A DNA stretch of 64,000 bases from Terriglobia bacterium. Lineage in GTDB: Bacteria; Acidobacteriota; Terriglobia; 20CM-2-55-15. The position numbers and the translations under genes are program-made. This document shows, piece by piece, positions 21,442 through 32,117 of the stretch (the stretch's first letter is position 1; each line of letters starts with the position of its first letter). The notes under the pieces were generated by a model. It did no database searches and was not told where the DNA came from. It was given only the letters and a program-made list of their open reading frames with translations. The DNA lies in the NCBI GenBank assembly GCA_965218585.1, contig CBDCLE010000002.1, positions 160,001 through 224,000 on the forward strand, read 5' to 3'.

Positions 21442-22071
21442 CTATCCTGCGAGGGTTGAGACTGATCGCTCCCATCCGGCCACGTCAAAGCCGAATGGTC
21501 CCGGTCCACTCTGATATGCCACACGACCGTCGGTTCCAATCACATAGAGGCGTTCCGGCAGGGCTGCATAAGCTTCATCTGTCGAGTTTTCCATGTCGTC
21601 GAGCAGTGTCGGCATGGCGAGCTCCAGGCGCAGCATGCACGCCTCAGCCACATGGGCTCTTTCTTCCATGTTCTTGGGTTGGTTGAAGACAACGTCGTCA
21701 CGATGGTTCATGCCCATCTGCCAGCCGTCTTCGAGATGCGCTTCCTGAATGTAGACACAGAAAAAATGGACCCTGTCCTTGAACCTCTCGAAAACACTGT
21801 TGAGGCGCCCGGCCTCCCTACGAAACGGGGGTCAGGTGTACGAACCGAATATTAGTGCCACAGGTTTATCGAGGTGATCAGTCAGGGCACGTATTTCTCC
21901 GGTACGGGTGCCACCGGCATCGATGAGCTCAAGTCTGAAGTTCGGCGCCGGAGTTCCAGGTCCGGGTGAGGGATGTCCCGGTTCGCCTCTATCCACGTAA
22001 CGGGAATCCTTTTTTTCAATGCGACGTTGGATCATTGGGGACAGGGCCCGGCCGACTATCTTTCGCAACAT
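21442..22071 (-). CDS. Iodothyronine deiodinase-like selenoprotein (in-frame TGA at 21832-21834 read as Sec), 209 aa
   Basis: Reading through TGA gives FGSYT-U-PPF...VYIQEAHLEDGW...DDMEN...YAALPERLYVI, in frame with ORF 21442..21717; RBS GGAGG. Confidence 0.9.
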
Positions 22072-22161
22072 GGCCTAACTAAACCTCCCTGGGGCAAACC
22101 GATCACTCCCATAAATAGCAACTCCGAGCCTCGACCAGCGTTCACAGGAGACCATAGCTGT

Positions 22162-22908
22162 TCATGCTCGAGTGAAATGGTCGGACCAGGGACTCGCCAG
22201 CAAGGTCCGAACGCACCGCCGAAAGTCCGCCCGGTGACGGGGTTGTGCAACGAGAAAGAAAAGCCGCGACGTTCCCCGGTGGTAGTGGAGCGTCTGAACG
22301 TCTACCTCCGCTCCTATGTGCTCTCTTATCTTCAGCGTTCGCCTCCGAATCTGCTCTCCGGCAGGCGCCGAACGGTCGATGTGCTGGTATACGACAAGGC
22401 TCTGCTCTTGTTCCCAGAACGACTCCAACTCGTCGTAATAGGCATACTTGATGCCCTTCGGACTGTATTTCCCGCCACTGGGCACTTCCAGACCGTTGTC
22501 GGGAGCCAGAAGAACAACGTCACAGCTCCCGGTCGCGGCAAGTGCACGCATTAGCCAGTCCTTGCGCCAGGTGGAACGGTCTCTTGGGACAACGGCGTCG
22601 AAGGACAGGCGCTCTTCATAGAAGATCGTGCCTGCTGGAAGCAAACCAGACTGACGGATGTCCGAGACTGACCGCCGGCCCGAACATACGATTCTTCTCA
22701 AGCCGTCATAGAGTTCGGTGTCACAGGGTCGATAGGTGTGGACGTGAGATTCATCGAGATACCCGACGTGACGGCCGTCGTTGGTGTGGTTTTCGTTGTC
22801 AACCAGGTACCAGACGACGCCAAGCCTGAAATCGGAAACCCGCGCCAGTTGCCGCAACAGACCATACTTTCCAAAGTCACCCGCATCTCCGGCATAACGA
22901 TCCTGCAT
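22162..22908 (-). CDS. Conserved hypothetical protein
   Basis: 248-aa ORF co-oriented with neighbours; MQDRYAGDAGDFGKYGLLR, PDNGLE, SLVVYQH. Confidence 0.7.
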   Translation of the reverse strand: MQDRYAGDAGDFGKYGLLRQLARVSDFRLGVVWYLVDNENHTNDGRHVGYLDESHVHTYRPCDTELYDGLRRIVCSGRRSVSDIRQSGLLPAGTIFYEERLSFDAVVPRDRSTWRKDWLMRALAATGSCDVVLLAPDNGLEVPSGGKYSPKGIKYAYYDELESFWEQEQSLVVYQHIDRSAPAGEQIRRRTLKIREHIGAEVDVQTLHYHRGTSRLFFLVAQPRHRADFRRCVRTLLASPWSDHFTRA

Positions 22909-22929
22909 TTCTTGTCCACGGACCCTGGG

Positions 22930-23298
22930 TCAGAGCCCGAACCAGACACGCAGGATGTCGCGACGGGACAACATGCCGACGAGCTTTCCATCCTGAACGA
23001 CGGGGAGCCGGCGCCAGTTGTGCGCGAGAATCAATGTGCGCGCTTCTTCGAGCTCGGCATCGGGCCCTATGGAAACAACGTCGGGACTCATCACTCGAGA
23101 AACAGGCATCGCCTCGCCTACGTAGTCAACACCCAGCAGCAAATCGAACTCGGTGACCATTCCAATGAGCTGCAGGTCGCCGGAGACGACGGGGGCACCA
23201 CTTACGCCTTCCTTGACGAGCAGCTTCAGTCCGGTCAACACGGATTCGTTCTCGCCAAGCGTTACCAGTTCCGTGCTCATTGCGTCTCGAACCGTCAT
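22930..23298 (-). CDS. CBS-domain pair protein
   Basis: VRDAMS...SGAPVV...GMVTEFD / VSRVMS...RRLPVV..GKLVGMLSRRDIL. Confidence 0.9.
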   Translation of the reverse strand: MTVRDAMSTELVTLGENESVLTGLKLLVKEGVSGAPVVSGDLQLIGMVTEFDLLLGVDYVGEAMPVSRVMSPDVVSIGPDAELEEARTLILAHNWRRLPVVQDGKLVGMLSRRDILRVWFGL

Positions 23299-24649
23299 TT
23301 GTCTCCTCCCGAACCGAAGAGTCCGACGACTTCACCCGATTCCGGATCGTAATGAAAAGTCGCACTGCGGTACTCGTCGTCGATCGCCAGTTCGCCAGGG
23401 CCAATCTGAATACGGACACCCGGGTGCGCTTCCTTACGAATCTTGACCATGCACTCTCCCAGGTTGACATCTTCTTCTTGCAACTTGTCGAGTTCGGAAG
23501 CACTCTCTTTTCGCTTCGTCGATTCCTTTGAAATCAGCTCGTCGATCTCTTCACGACGGTCGGGAGAGACCAACTCCTTCATCCTGCCGACTTTCGTCTC
23601 CACAGCTTCGGCCTGCCGGATTCTGGCTTCAAGCTTCGCCTCCTGAAGGTTCTTCATGGGATCAATGCCGGCACCCAGCGTCGTCCGATGCCCATTGAGA
23701 TCACCTGCGACGCCGACCTCAATGCCTTTCTGTGCGTGCAGCCGGCCACCGACAACTCTTCCGGAAACCGGTACTGTGATGCTGTTTGCGGACAGAACAG
23801 TACTGTGAAGCGCCTCTTTCAAGATGGAAACGTCGCTCTCAGATTCCATGTAAGAGTTGCTGACGTATCCCACCTTGATGCTTCCTTTCGCCGTTACACG
23901 GCCGCCCCGGACAACACCCTGACGTATGACGACGTCACCACCTGCCGTGACTTCTGCGGCGTCCACTACACCACCGATGGTTATGTCGCCCTCGGCGCGG
24001 ATATGAAATTCCGGCAGGACGTCGCCTTCAACTCGCACCGAGCCTTCGCACTCGATGCTTCCCATATCGAAATCCAGGTTTCCGGGAACCCGGATGAGAT
24101 CGGTAATTTCGATCCGGCCGTCCATACTGCGCAGATCACCGCTACGGCTTGCTCGCAATTCTGTCCCCCCGGCAGCGAGCGAGGTTCCCTGGCCCGCAGT
24201 CAGCGAAGCGCGCTCTCCAGTCTGGGCCGCGAGCTCTTCACCGCAGACATTCTTTCCAGAAGTTCCGGATGTCGGCAGGGTGAGTTCAGCGATGAGCTGG
24301 TCCTTTTCTATGAGGGTAAAGGAGCCACGCTCATGAAATCGATGTGGCCCGAGTCGTCTTCCACACCAACCGAATCCCGCTCGCCTTCGACGACCATTCG
24401 GACCGTGCCATCTTCGCCGTCAACGGCCGGAACCCTCCTAGCTACTGCCATTCGCACGGGACCTCCAGCCGGCCGCTCGTTGACGAGCTTGACCAGTGCT
24501 TCACAGTCCTCTTCGCTCACGCCGTAACTGACGTCCGAGACCTCCAGCGCGCGCTTGATCGAAGGGACGTCGAGCTCCTCGTCCTGCTTGCGCTTGACCT
24601 CGGCGACGGCCTCCATCTTGTCGCGGCTGATCCTGATGCTTATCGACAT
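23295..24649 (-). pseudogene. FapA/DUF342 family protein, frameshifted near 24335
   Basis: N-terminal ORF ends GHIDF; adding one base continues HERGSFTLIEKDQLIAE..P..G..GKNV.GE into the beta-helix ORF 23295..24158. Confidence 0.8.
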
Positions 24650-24688
24650 TGGCGAGTCAATCGTATCAAGACACTACAGCGTTTCTTT

Positions 24689-26050
24689 TCAGAATCGATA
24701 ATCGATCGAAAAATAGGTGAACGTGTTTCCGTCGCCCGGAGAGTTTGCTTCGAGGAACGGACCGGGAAACATATGTCCGACGCCTCCCAGCAGCGTTACC
24801 GTGTTACCCACTGGCAAAGAAGCTGAAAAATCCAGTTCGTTACCTACCTTGGTATCGGAGGCGCCACCATCGGGAGTTCGGACGGCAGGAGCGGTCCCCA
24901 GAACGTTGTAGAGGTGATCGTTGGGTTCGGCAAGCCAGAACGCATGAAAATCCAAACCCAGTGTCACGCGGCCCGCAGCCCGGACGCTCGAACCGAGCCT
25001 GAGGTTCTTGATGTTTCTAAGACCTACCAGATCGTTGTACCCGTAATAGATGTGTGCTGTCGGATAGATGTTATCGAACGACCCCTGCACGCCGTCGGTT
25101 GGGTTTGAATCGCCCGACGCGTAGTTGTACTCGAAAAACAATCGTGGTCGAACTTCGATGTCGAACTGATAACCGCCGAGCACTGACAGAAAGGTGGCAT
25201 CGATCGTTGCTTCAGCGAAGTCGCCCCACTGCTTAACGGCACTGGCGACGTACTGCCAACCGGGCGCCCCATTCCTTGCTGAATAAACTCCAGCGGTGTA
25301 TTGATCCATGTCCCCTATAGAACCCTCGCCAGCGACGCGTGGGTTCGTTCGCCACAGCAGGAAGGGTTCGATCAGGACACCCTCGACGGAGTTGTTCAGT
25401 TGCACATGGACGCCATGAAGATTGTCCCCGTCGAGCGGATGGTTGATCTGGCGGTTGGGATCAGTTCGAACCACGGACGCAGAAAACAGATCGACATTGA
25501 CAACTTCGGTGCGCAGGGCCACTTTGACCGCATCAAAGCTGCGCGCAGTATTGGCCCACTCCAGAGGCCCGACAAGTTTTTGATCCCCGTACCCGAGTAA
25601 CTGCCGGCCCACGGTCAGGACCAGCGGCGCGTTCCGAGAACCGCCGATTTCCAGAAACGCCTGTCGAAGATCAACCGGATCGCGAAACACACCGGTGGAG
25701 GCGGCGGGTCGGATCCCCGGAGCCCTGGAATCCTGACCTTGAAAGAAGAACCGGACCTGAGGATGCGGCTGTACACCGATGTTGATCCGGGCTCGGGTGA
25801 GACCGTAACCGTCATCGACACCGTCTAGGAATCCCAATCCGCTCCGGCCTTCGAAACGAAAACGGAAAACACCGCTGAGATCAAGCCAATCTGGGGTTTT
25901 CAGCGAAGACAGGAGTGCCGTCTCCAAGGGAGATGTGCTGATTCGTTCGGAGGGGGCCTGAGCCGGGAGCGAAAATGGAAAGAAGAGCAGACAGGAAAGC
26001 GTAACTACGGACAGCCATCCTCGGCCAACTTCGCCTGTCTTCATCCTCAT
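24689..26050 (-). CDS. Alginate-export family outer-membrane beta-barrel protein
   Basis: Signal peptide; QGQDSR, DLRQAF, VGRQ...G...W.N..RSFD, YNYASGD; C-terminal YRF. Confidence 0.82.
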   Translation of the reverse strand: MRMKTGEVGRGWLSVVTLSCLLFFPFSLPAQAPSERISTSPLETALLSSLKTPDWLDLSGVFRFRFEGRSGLGFLDGVDDGYGLTRARINIGVQPHPQVRFFFQGQDSRAPGIRPAASTGVFRDPVDLRQAFLEIGGSRNAPLVLTVGRQLLGYGDQKLVGPLEWANTARSFDAVKVALRTEVVNVDLFSASVVRTDPNRQINHPLDGDNLHGVHVQLNNSVEGVLIEPFLLWRTNPRVAGEGSIGDMDQYTAGVYSARNGAPGWQYVASAVKQWGDFAEATIDATFLSVLGGYQFDIEVRPRLFFEYNYASGDSNPTDGVQGSFDNIYPTAHIYYGYNDLVGLRNIKNLRLGSSVRAAGRVTLGLDFHAFWLAEPNDHLYNVLGTAPAVRTPDGGASDTKVGNELDFSASLPVGNTVTLLGGVGHMFPGPFLEANSPGDGNTFTYFSIDYRF

Positions 26051-26059
26051 TGATTTTCG

Positions 26060-26884
26060 CTAACTGGGATCTTCTTCAACAGGCGCCAAACGCGAAACCT
26101 TTTCGTGAGCGTTTCGGAAAGCGTTGATCACGGTTGCCCTGAACTTTCCTTCTTCCATCGCCAGAAGCGCTTCCGCTGTGATGCCTCCCGGCGTAATGAC
26201 TTCCTGTTGAAACTGTGAGAGAGCGCGGTCACGCGATGCATTTCGAAGTTCCACAGTTCCACGAAGCAGGGACAGTATCCCGCGCTCGGCCAGATCGTGG
26301 GGCATTCCCTGGGTCACCATCGCTCGCGTCAGCGCCTGAACGAACTCGATGACGAGCGCGGGGCCTGAGCCGACACCGACGATTGCGATATCCAGGAGGG
26401 ATTCGTCGCCACATTCGATCTCGTCTCCCCAGACGTGCATAATCTTGGCCGCACGCTCCTTGGCTTGGACCGTCACATCCGGCCCCGCAATCCAGTAAGT
26501 CGTGGCTACTCCACTTTCGATACCAATGTTCGTACTGGTGCGGACAACATTGGATACACCCAGACGTTCCTGCATCGTTTCCAGATTCAGTCCGGTCACT
26601 ATAGAGATGACGAGAGCGTCATCGCGAATCTTGTTTCGCAGTTCGACGCTCACTCGGCCAAAAGACTTGGGCTTGATCGCTAGGATCACGATTTCCGCAC
26701 CCTCGACCGCCTCGTGGTTTTCAGTGAGGATTCGGGCCTCTGGCAGAGCCTTTTCCACAGCAGGTCGGCGTCCCGGACGCACGCGGCTCAACCGAACGTT
26801 CTCCGCTTCGCACACCTCGGCATCGACAAACCGTTGGGCGATCATTAAGCCCATAGTTCCGGGTCCAATCACTGCTACTTCCAT
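26060..26884 (-). CDS. proC: Pyrroline-5-carboxylate reductase
   Basis: IGPGTMG, ILAIKP, GSGPA, VITPGGIT; several motif positions are divergent. Confidence 0.82.
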   Translation of the reverse strand: MEVAVIGPGTMGLMIAQRFVDAEVCEAENVRLSRVRPGRRPAVEKALPEARILTENHEAVEGAEIVILAIKPKSFGRVSVELRNKIRDDALVISIVTGLNLETMQERLGVSNVVRTSTNIGIESGVATTYWIAGPDVTVQAKERAAKIMHVWGDEIECGDESLLDIAIVGVGSGPALVIEFVQALTRAMVTQGMPHDLAERGILSLLRGTVELRNASRDRALSQFQQEVITPGGITAEALLAMEEGKFRATVINAFRNAHEKVSRLAPVEEDPS

Positions 26885-27077
26885 CTTTGCTCCTTCGGGA
26901 GGAAATTCGGAACTGACACCTAATTCCGAGGAGTTGTGAGTCTGGTAATTGAAAGGATTAGGCTGTCTGTCCCAGCAATTTTCCTCTTCTATCTTAGCAG
27001 GTGAACTCATCGGACGCGTCTCATAGCAATCCTTGGTCGAGCTGCTAGACTGTTCACTCCCGAAAGCATCGTCTCTA

Positions 27078-27950
27078 ATGGAAGTCCACCTCATCGACGG
27101 AACCTACGAACTGTTTCGTCATTTCTTTGCGATTCCGTCTTCGCTCGATAAGGGTGGTAATGAAATCGGAGCTCTCCGGGGGGTGTTGGGTTCCCTGCTT
27201 GGCATGCTCGAATCGGGAGCCACCCACGTCGGAGTGGCGACCGACCATGTCATCGAATCCTTCCGCAACGATCTTTATTCCGGTTACAAGACAGGCGAAG
27301 GCATCGACGCCTCGCTCCTCTGTCAGTTCGGGCCCCTAGAAGACGCTCTTCGGGCGATGGGCCTTGTGGTCTGGCCGATGGTCGAACAGGAAGCGGACGA
27401 CGCACTGGCGGCTGCGGCCAGCGCTGCTTCCCAGGACGCACGAGTCACCCGCGTCCTGGTCTGCACACCTGACAAAGACCTGGCCCAATGCGTCGCCGGC
27501 ACCAGAATCGTTCAACTTGACCGAAGAAAAAACGAAATTCGCGATGAGGCAGGCGTCAAGGCGAAGTTCGGCGTCGAACCGGAATCGATACCGGATTACT
27601 TGGCCTTGGTGGGCGATGTGGCGGATGGCTTCCCCGGCCTGCCGGGTTGGGGAGCCAAGTCCACTGGGAAAATACTCGATCGTTATCTGCATCTGGAGGG
27701 CATTCCTAAGAACGCCGGAGAATGGGACGTATCCGTCAGAAGTGGACCCAAGCTCGCAACGGTGCTGGCCGATCAATGGGATGACGCGATACTGTTTCGG
27801 CACCTCGCTACATTGCGCGTTGATGCCGAGGTTTTTGATACGGTGGATACGCTGGCCTGGAAGGGACCCCGCCCTGAATTTGAATCTCTGTGTGCTTCGA
27901 TCGGCGCACGGCGATTGTGGGAAAGGGTAAATAGTCTCACCGCTGGTTGA
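27078..27950 (+). CDS. Stand-alone 5'-3' exonuclease / flap endonuclease
   Basis: LIDG, FRNDLYSGYK, EADD, DKD, LVGD.ADGFPGLPGWG. Confidence 0.9.
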   Translation: MEVHLIDGTYELFRHFFAIPSSLDKGGNEIGALRGVLGSLLGMLESGATHVGVATDHVIESFRNDLYSGYKTGEGIDASLLCQFGPLEDALRAMGLVVWPMVEQEADDALAAAASAASQDARVTRVLVCTPDKDLAQCVAGTRIVQLDRRKNEIRDEAGVKAKFGVEPESIPDYLALVGDVADGFPGLPGWGAKSTGKILDRYLHLEGIPKNAGEWDVSVRSGPKLATVLADQWDDAILFRHLATLRVDAEVFDTVDTLAWKGPRPEFESLCASIGARRLWERVNSLTAG

Positions 27951-28095
27951 GAACGAATTTCAATACCGAAAACGAAAGAAGGCATTCCGCGAAATTATCT
28001 GCGGGGAACTGGGATTTCTCTGCTAGCTTGGGTTTGAAGGGCTTCTAACCGGCCTGCGAAGACGCCTAACGTCAATCGAATGGAGGTTTCATTTC

Positions 28096-28551
28096 ATGAA
28101 GGCACGACAGAAAAAGAAGGTCATCGATACATTAAATAAGGTCCTGGAAATGGAACTCGCCGGGACCATTCACTACACCCATTATTCGTTCATGGTTTTT
28201 GGCTACAACCGAATTCCGATTGTCAGTTGGCTTGAAGCGCAAGCCGATGAATCACTGGCTCATGCCCGCGCAGCGGGCGAACTCGTCACGCAGCTGGGAG
28301 CTCATCCCTCGCTCGCCATCGGACCTCTCCTGGAGACCCAGAAACACGACATTGGGGACATACTTCGGGAATCCCTCGGGCACGAAAAGGCAACGTTGAA
28401 GTACTACGAAGATTTACTGAGTCTGGTCGAGGGCGATGACGTCATGCTCGAAGAACACGCCAGGGAACATATCGCTCTCGAAGTGAAGCACATCGGTGAA
28501 GTCGACAAAATGCTCCGCAGACCGGGTGATATCGAACAATTCGAGAAATAG
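28096..28551 (+). CDS. bfr: Bacterioferritin / ferritin-like protein
   Basis: LNKVLEMELAG..HY, ESLAH, EVKH ferroxidase-type motifs; RBS GGAGG. Confidence 0.8.
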   Translation: MKARQKKKVIDTLNKVLEMELAGTIHYTHYSFMVFGYNRIPIVSWLEAQADESLAHARAAGELVTQLGAHPSLAIGPLLETQKHDIGDILRESLGHEKATLKYYEDLLSLVEGDDVMLEEHAREHIALEVKHIGEVDKMLRRPGDIEQFEK

Positions 28552-28565
28552 AGAGTAAAACTATC

Positions 28566-28646
28566 AACGCAGAGGCGCAGAGGACTCAGGAAGAAAAGAA
28601 ATAGATTCTCTTTTCTGCGTTCTCTGCGCCTTTGCGTCTCTGCGTT
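28566..28646. repeat. Periodic CGCAGAG/CTCTGCG hairpin repeat, copy A
   Basis: AACGCAGAGGCGCAGAGG...CTCTGCGCCTTTGCGTCTCTGCGTT. Confidence 0.8.
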
Positions 28647-28658
28647 TAATCCGGAAAC

Positions 28659-29795
28659 TTAACCGAGGAGGGAGAGGAGGAAGCCGGCGGCTACTGCGGA
28701 GCCGATCACGCCCGCCACGTTCGGACCCATGGCGTGCATCAGCAGGTGGTTGTGGTGGTTGGCTTCCAGGCCGACTTTGTTGACTACTCTCGCGGCCATC
28801 GGAACAGCAGAGACGCCGGCCGCACCGATCAACGGATTGACCCGGCCACCGGTCAGGCGGTGCATGGCCTTACCCATGAGGACGCCGGTGGCTGTACCTA
28901 CCGCGAAGGCCACCAGTCCGATCGAGAGAATCCCGAGCGTCTCAAGGTTCAGGAATTCCTGGGCACCCAGACGCGAACCGACTGCCAGCCCAAGGAAAAT
29001 CGTCACCGCATTGATGATTTCGTTCTGAGCAACCTTTGAGAGTCGGTCAACAGCACCGCACTCCTTGAGGAGGTTCCCAAACACCAACATACCGATCAAA
29101 GGTGAGGCCGAAGGCAACAACACAACCACCAACAAGAGGACGGTAAAGGGAAACAGTATCCGTTCCATTCGTGTAACCGGTCGGAGTTGCTTCATGACGA
29201 CGGATCGCTCGGATTCGGTCGTCAACGCTCTCATGATGGGCGGCTGAATGATCGGGACCAGAGCCATATACGAATAGGCGGCTACGGCGATGGCCCCCAG
29301 CAAATCAGGACTCAAACGGGACGCCAGGAAGATTGCTGTCGGACCGTCTGCGCCACCAATGATTCCAATCGCAGCAGCATCGGTCAGCGAAAAGTCCAAG
29401 CCCGGGATGGCGTTCATGGCGAGCGAACCCAGCAAGGTAAAGAAGATCCCGAACTGTGCAGCAGCACCCAACAACAGCGTGGGTGGATTTGCAATGAGAG
29501 CCCCGAAGTCGGTATGTGCCCCCACACCCATGAAGATCAGCAGAGGGAAAATACCCGTCGATACCCCGCCGGTGTACAAATAGCCCAACAATCCTTCCGG
29601 ACCGCTGATGTCAGCGATCGGTATGTTGCTCAAAATGGCGCCAAAACCGATCGGAACGAGAAGAAGCGGCTCGAAGTTCTTGGCAATCGCGAGATAGATC
29701 AGGACGCCGCCAATGACGATCATCAGGATCTGGCCGATCTCAAGATGAGCGACTCCGGTTGCGTCCCAGAGTCTTGAAAGCAGGTCCGATTGCAT
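28659..29795 (-). CDS. oadB: Na+-translocating oxaloacetate decarboxylase beta subunit
   Basis: [42 protein letters not shown]. Confidence 0.95.
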   Translation of the reverse strand: MQSDLLSRLWDATGVAHLEIGQILMIVIGGVLIYLAIAKNFEPLLLVPIGFGAILSNIPIADISGPEGLLGYLYTGGVSTGIFPLLIFMGVGAHTDFGALIANPPTLLLGAAAQFGIFFTLLGSLAMNAIPGLDFSLTDAAAIGIIGGADGPTAIFLASRLSPDLLGAIAVAAYSYMALVPIIQPPIMRALTTESERSVVMKQLRPVTRMERILFPFTVLLLVVVLLPSASPLIGMLVFGNLLKECGAVDRLSKVAQNEIINAVTIFLGLAVGSRLGAQEFLNLETLGILSIGLVAFAVGTATGVLMGKAMHRLTGGRVNPLIGAAGVSAVPMAARVVNKVGLEANHHNHLLMHAMGPNVAGVIGSAVAAGFLLSLLG

Positions 29796-29816
29796 TAGGT
29801 TTGAATCAAGTAGTGC

Positions 29817-31622
29817 CTACCCGATATGGAGGAGGGCTTCGCCAACCTTAACCGCATCGCCTTCCTTGACGGCTATGGAAACGATCGTCCCTGCCCGGTC
29901 GGCACGGACCTCAGTCTCCATCTTCATGGCTTCAAGAACGACAACCACCTCGCCGTCATCCACTGCCTGACCTCCCTGGCAGCATATTCGTACAACTGTT
30001 CCCGCCAGAGGTGACCCCAATGGCGTTCCCCCGCCTGAAGGCTGGGCGGGCTGAACCGCTGCATCCCGAAGAGGTGGGGCTGCGGGCGCGGCCCCGGCCG
30101 TCCTCATGGAAGTAAGAGTTCCTTCCGGAGTCACATCAACTTCATATTCTTTTCCGCTAACAACGACCCGGTACCGCGTGGGTACGCTTGCGGCAGCGGG
30201 AGAAGCTGGCTTTGGGTCGGGAGCTTCCTCCTCCAGCCACGGTGGTGGCTCGAATGCATCCGGCTTGTCCCGGTTCTTGAGGAAGCGTAAACCGATCTGA
30301 GGAAACAGCGCGTAGACCAGCACGTCTTCGACGGGGTTGTCTGCGCGGCGCATGTCGTGCTGCTGGGCAAACCCCTCCAGTTCCACAGACAGGCGCTCCA
30401 TTTCGGGCTCGAGAAGGTCGGCTGGACGACAAGTCACCGGTTCGGCGCCGTTCAATACCCTTTTCTGTAACGCCTCGTCCACTTTCGCAGGTGTCCGTCC
30501 GTATTCTCCCTTGAGCACGCCGGCCGTCTCTTTAGTAATCGTCTTGTAGCGTTCTCCGGTCAATACGTTCACGATCGACTGAGTACCAACGATCTGCGAC
30601 GTAGGGGTCACTAAAGGAATGAATCCGAGTTCTTTACGAACCCGCGGCATTTCTTCGAGGACTTCATCGATCCGTTCTGTCGCATTCTGCTCCCGTAGTT
30701 GGTTTTCCATGTTAGTCAGCATGCCGCCCGGCACCTGGGCAACGAGGATCCGGGAATCGATTCCGCGAAGGGAGCCCTCGAACTTGGCATATTTCTTGCG
30801 AACTTCCCGGAAATAGCCGGCGATGTTTTCGAGAAGGTTGAGATCCAAACCCGTGTCCCGGTCCGTTCCCTCGAGTATGGCTACGATCGATTCCGTCGCC
30901 GAATGTCCGTACGTGTGACTCATCGAAGAAATAGATGCGTCGACCATGTCCAGACCGGCTTCGACGGCTTTGACTATGGTTGAGGTACTCATTCCCGTCG
31001 TGGCATGGGACTGCATGGCGATGGGCACCGACACCGCTTCCTTCAAACGTGAAACCATCTCCTCAGCCACGTACGGTCGCAACAGGCCCGCCATATCCTT
31101 GATGCAGACCGACTGGCATCCCATGTCTTCGAGACGTTTGCCCATCTCAACCCACATGTCCATCGTGTGGACCGGGCTGATCGTATAGGCGATCGTCCCC
31201 TGAGCATGTTTCCCGGTTTTTAGTGTGGCTCGTGTGGCAGTCTCAAGATTGCGGATATCGTTCATCGCATCGAAGATGCGAAAGACGTCCATTCCGTTTT
31301 CGGCCGCAGAGTTGACGAACGCTTCGACGACGTCGTCGGCATAGTGCCGATACCCGAGAAGGTTCTGCCCCCGGAGCAGCATTTGCATCCGGGTGTTCGG
31401 CATGGCTTTCCGGATCTCGCGCAATCGTTCCCAGGGGTCTTCTCCCAGGAAACGAATGCAAGCATCAAAAGTAGCCCCACCCCAGATCTCCGCCGACCAG
31501 AGTCCGACCTGGTCCAGACGGTCACAAACCGGGAGCATGTCTTCGATCCGCATGCGGGTGGCCAACAGGGACTGATGACCGTCCCTCAACACCAATTCTG
31601 TAATATCTAAAGGCTTCTTCAT
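29817..31622 (-). CDS. oadA: Oxaloacetate decarboxylase alpha subunit
   Basis: [43 protein letters not shown] biotin site. Confidence 0.95.
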   Translation of the reverse strand: MKKPLDITELVLRDGHQSLLATRMRIEDMLPVCDRLDQVGLWSAEIWGGATFDACIRFLGEDPWERLREIRKAMPNTRMQMLLRGQNLLGYRHYADDVVEAFVNSAAENGMDVFRIFDAMNDIRNLETATRATLKTGKHAQGTIAYTISPVHTMDMWVEMGKRLEDMGCQSVCIKDMAGLLRPYVAEEMVSRLKEAVSVPIAMQSHATTGMSTSTIVKAVEAGLDMVDASISSMSHTYGHSATESIVAILEGTDRDTGLDLNLLENIAGYFREVRKKYAKFEGSLRGIDSRILVAQVPGGMLTNMENQLREQNATERIDEVLEEMPRVRKELGFIPLVTPTSQIVGTQSIVNVLTGERYKTITKETAGVLKGEYGRTPAKVDEALQKRVLNGAEPVTCRPADLLEPEMERLSVELEGFAQQHDMRRADNPVEDVLVYALFPQIGLRFLKNRDKPDAFEPPPWLEEEAPDPKPASPAAASVPTRYRVVVSGKEYEVDVTPEGTLTSMRTAGAAPAAPPLRDAAVQPAQPSGGGTPLGSPLAGTVVRICCQGGQAVDDGEVVVVLEAMKMETEVRADRAGTIVSIAVKEGDAVKVGEALLHIG

Positions 31623-31629
31623 CCTTCAG

Positions 31630-31884
31630 CTACTTCGTTCCCGCTCCCCGGTTTGCCTGAATAGCCGCGGTTACGGCAGCGATCAACTCCGGATCATCAA
31701 CCTCGGCCCAAGCGCTTCCACCCGAAGCATCGTCGGAAACGTCGGGCGGGGGGGATCGATCCAGAGTTGCGGCCAGACGGGACATCAACTTGAGTGCCAG
31801 CACCAACAGGCCCAGAAGGGCAAAGACGACGCCCATTCCGAGCAGCATCAACTGAACGCCCTCTTGTAACAGCTCTACCGGCAA
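31630..31884 (-). CDS. oadG: Oxaloacetate decarboxylase gamma subunit
   Basis: GMGVVF..L.LL TM segment; ELIAAVTAAI. Confidence 0.88.
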   Translation of the reverse strand: MPVELLQEGVQLMLLGMGVVFALLGLLVLALKLMSRLAATLDRSPPPDVSDDASGGSAWAEVDDPELIAAVTAAIQANRGAGTK

Positions 31885-32117
31885 TGATAGTTCCTAAGTG
31901 ACACCCGATTCCCTCTTGCATTCAACAGGACGCACGTCCGTTTCCTCATATCCAACTCATTGTATGAGTACACTTTCGAGGCTGTCAGGAAGGCACAATA
32001 TAACACAAGAAAACGGACGGACGGCCACGCCAGGCTTGGGAAGATCTCTATGTGGATTCCGCCGGCTAAGTCGGGAAGGAAGAGTCACGACGTAGGGAAA
32101 TGTCCTCGTCTCTTATC

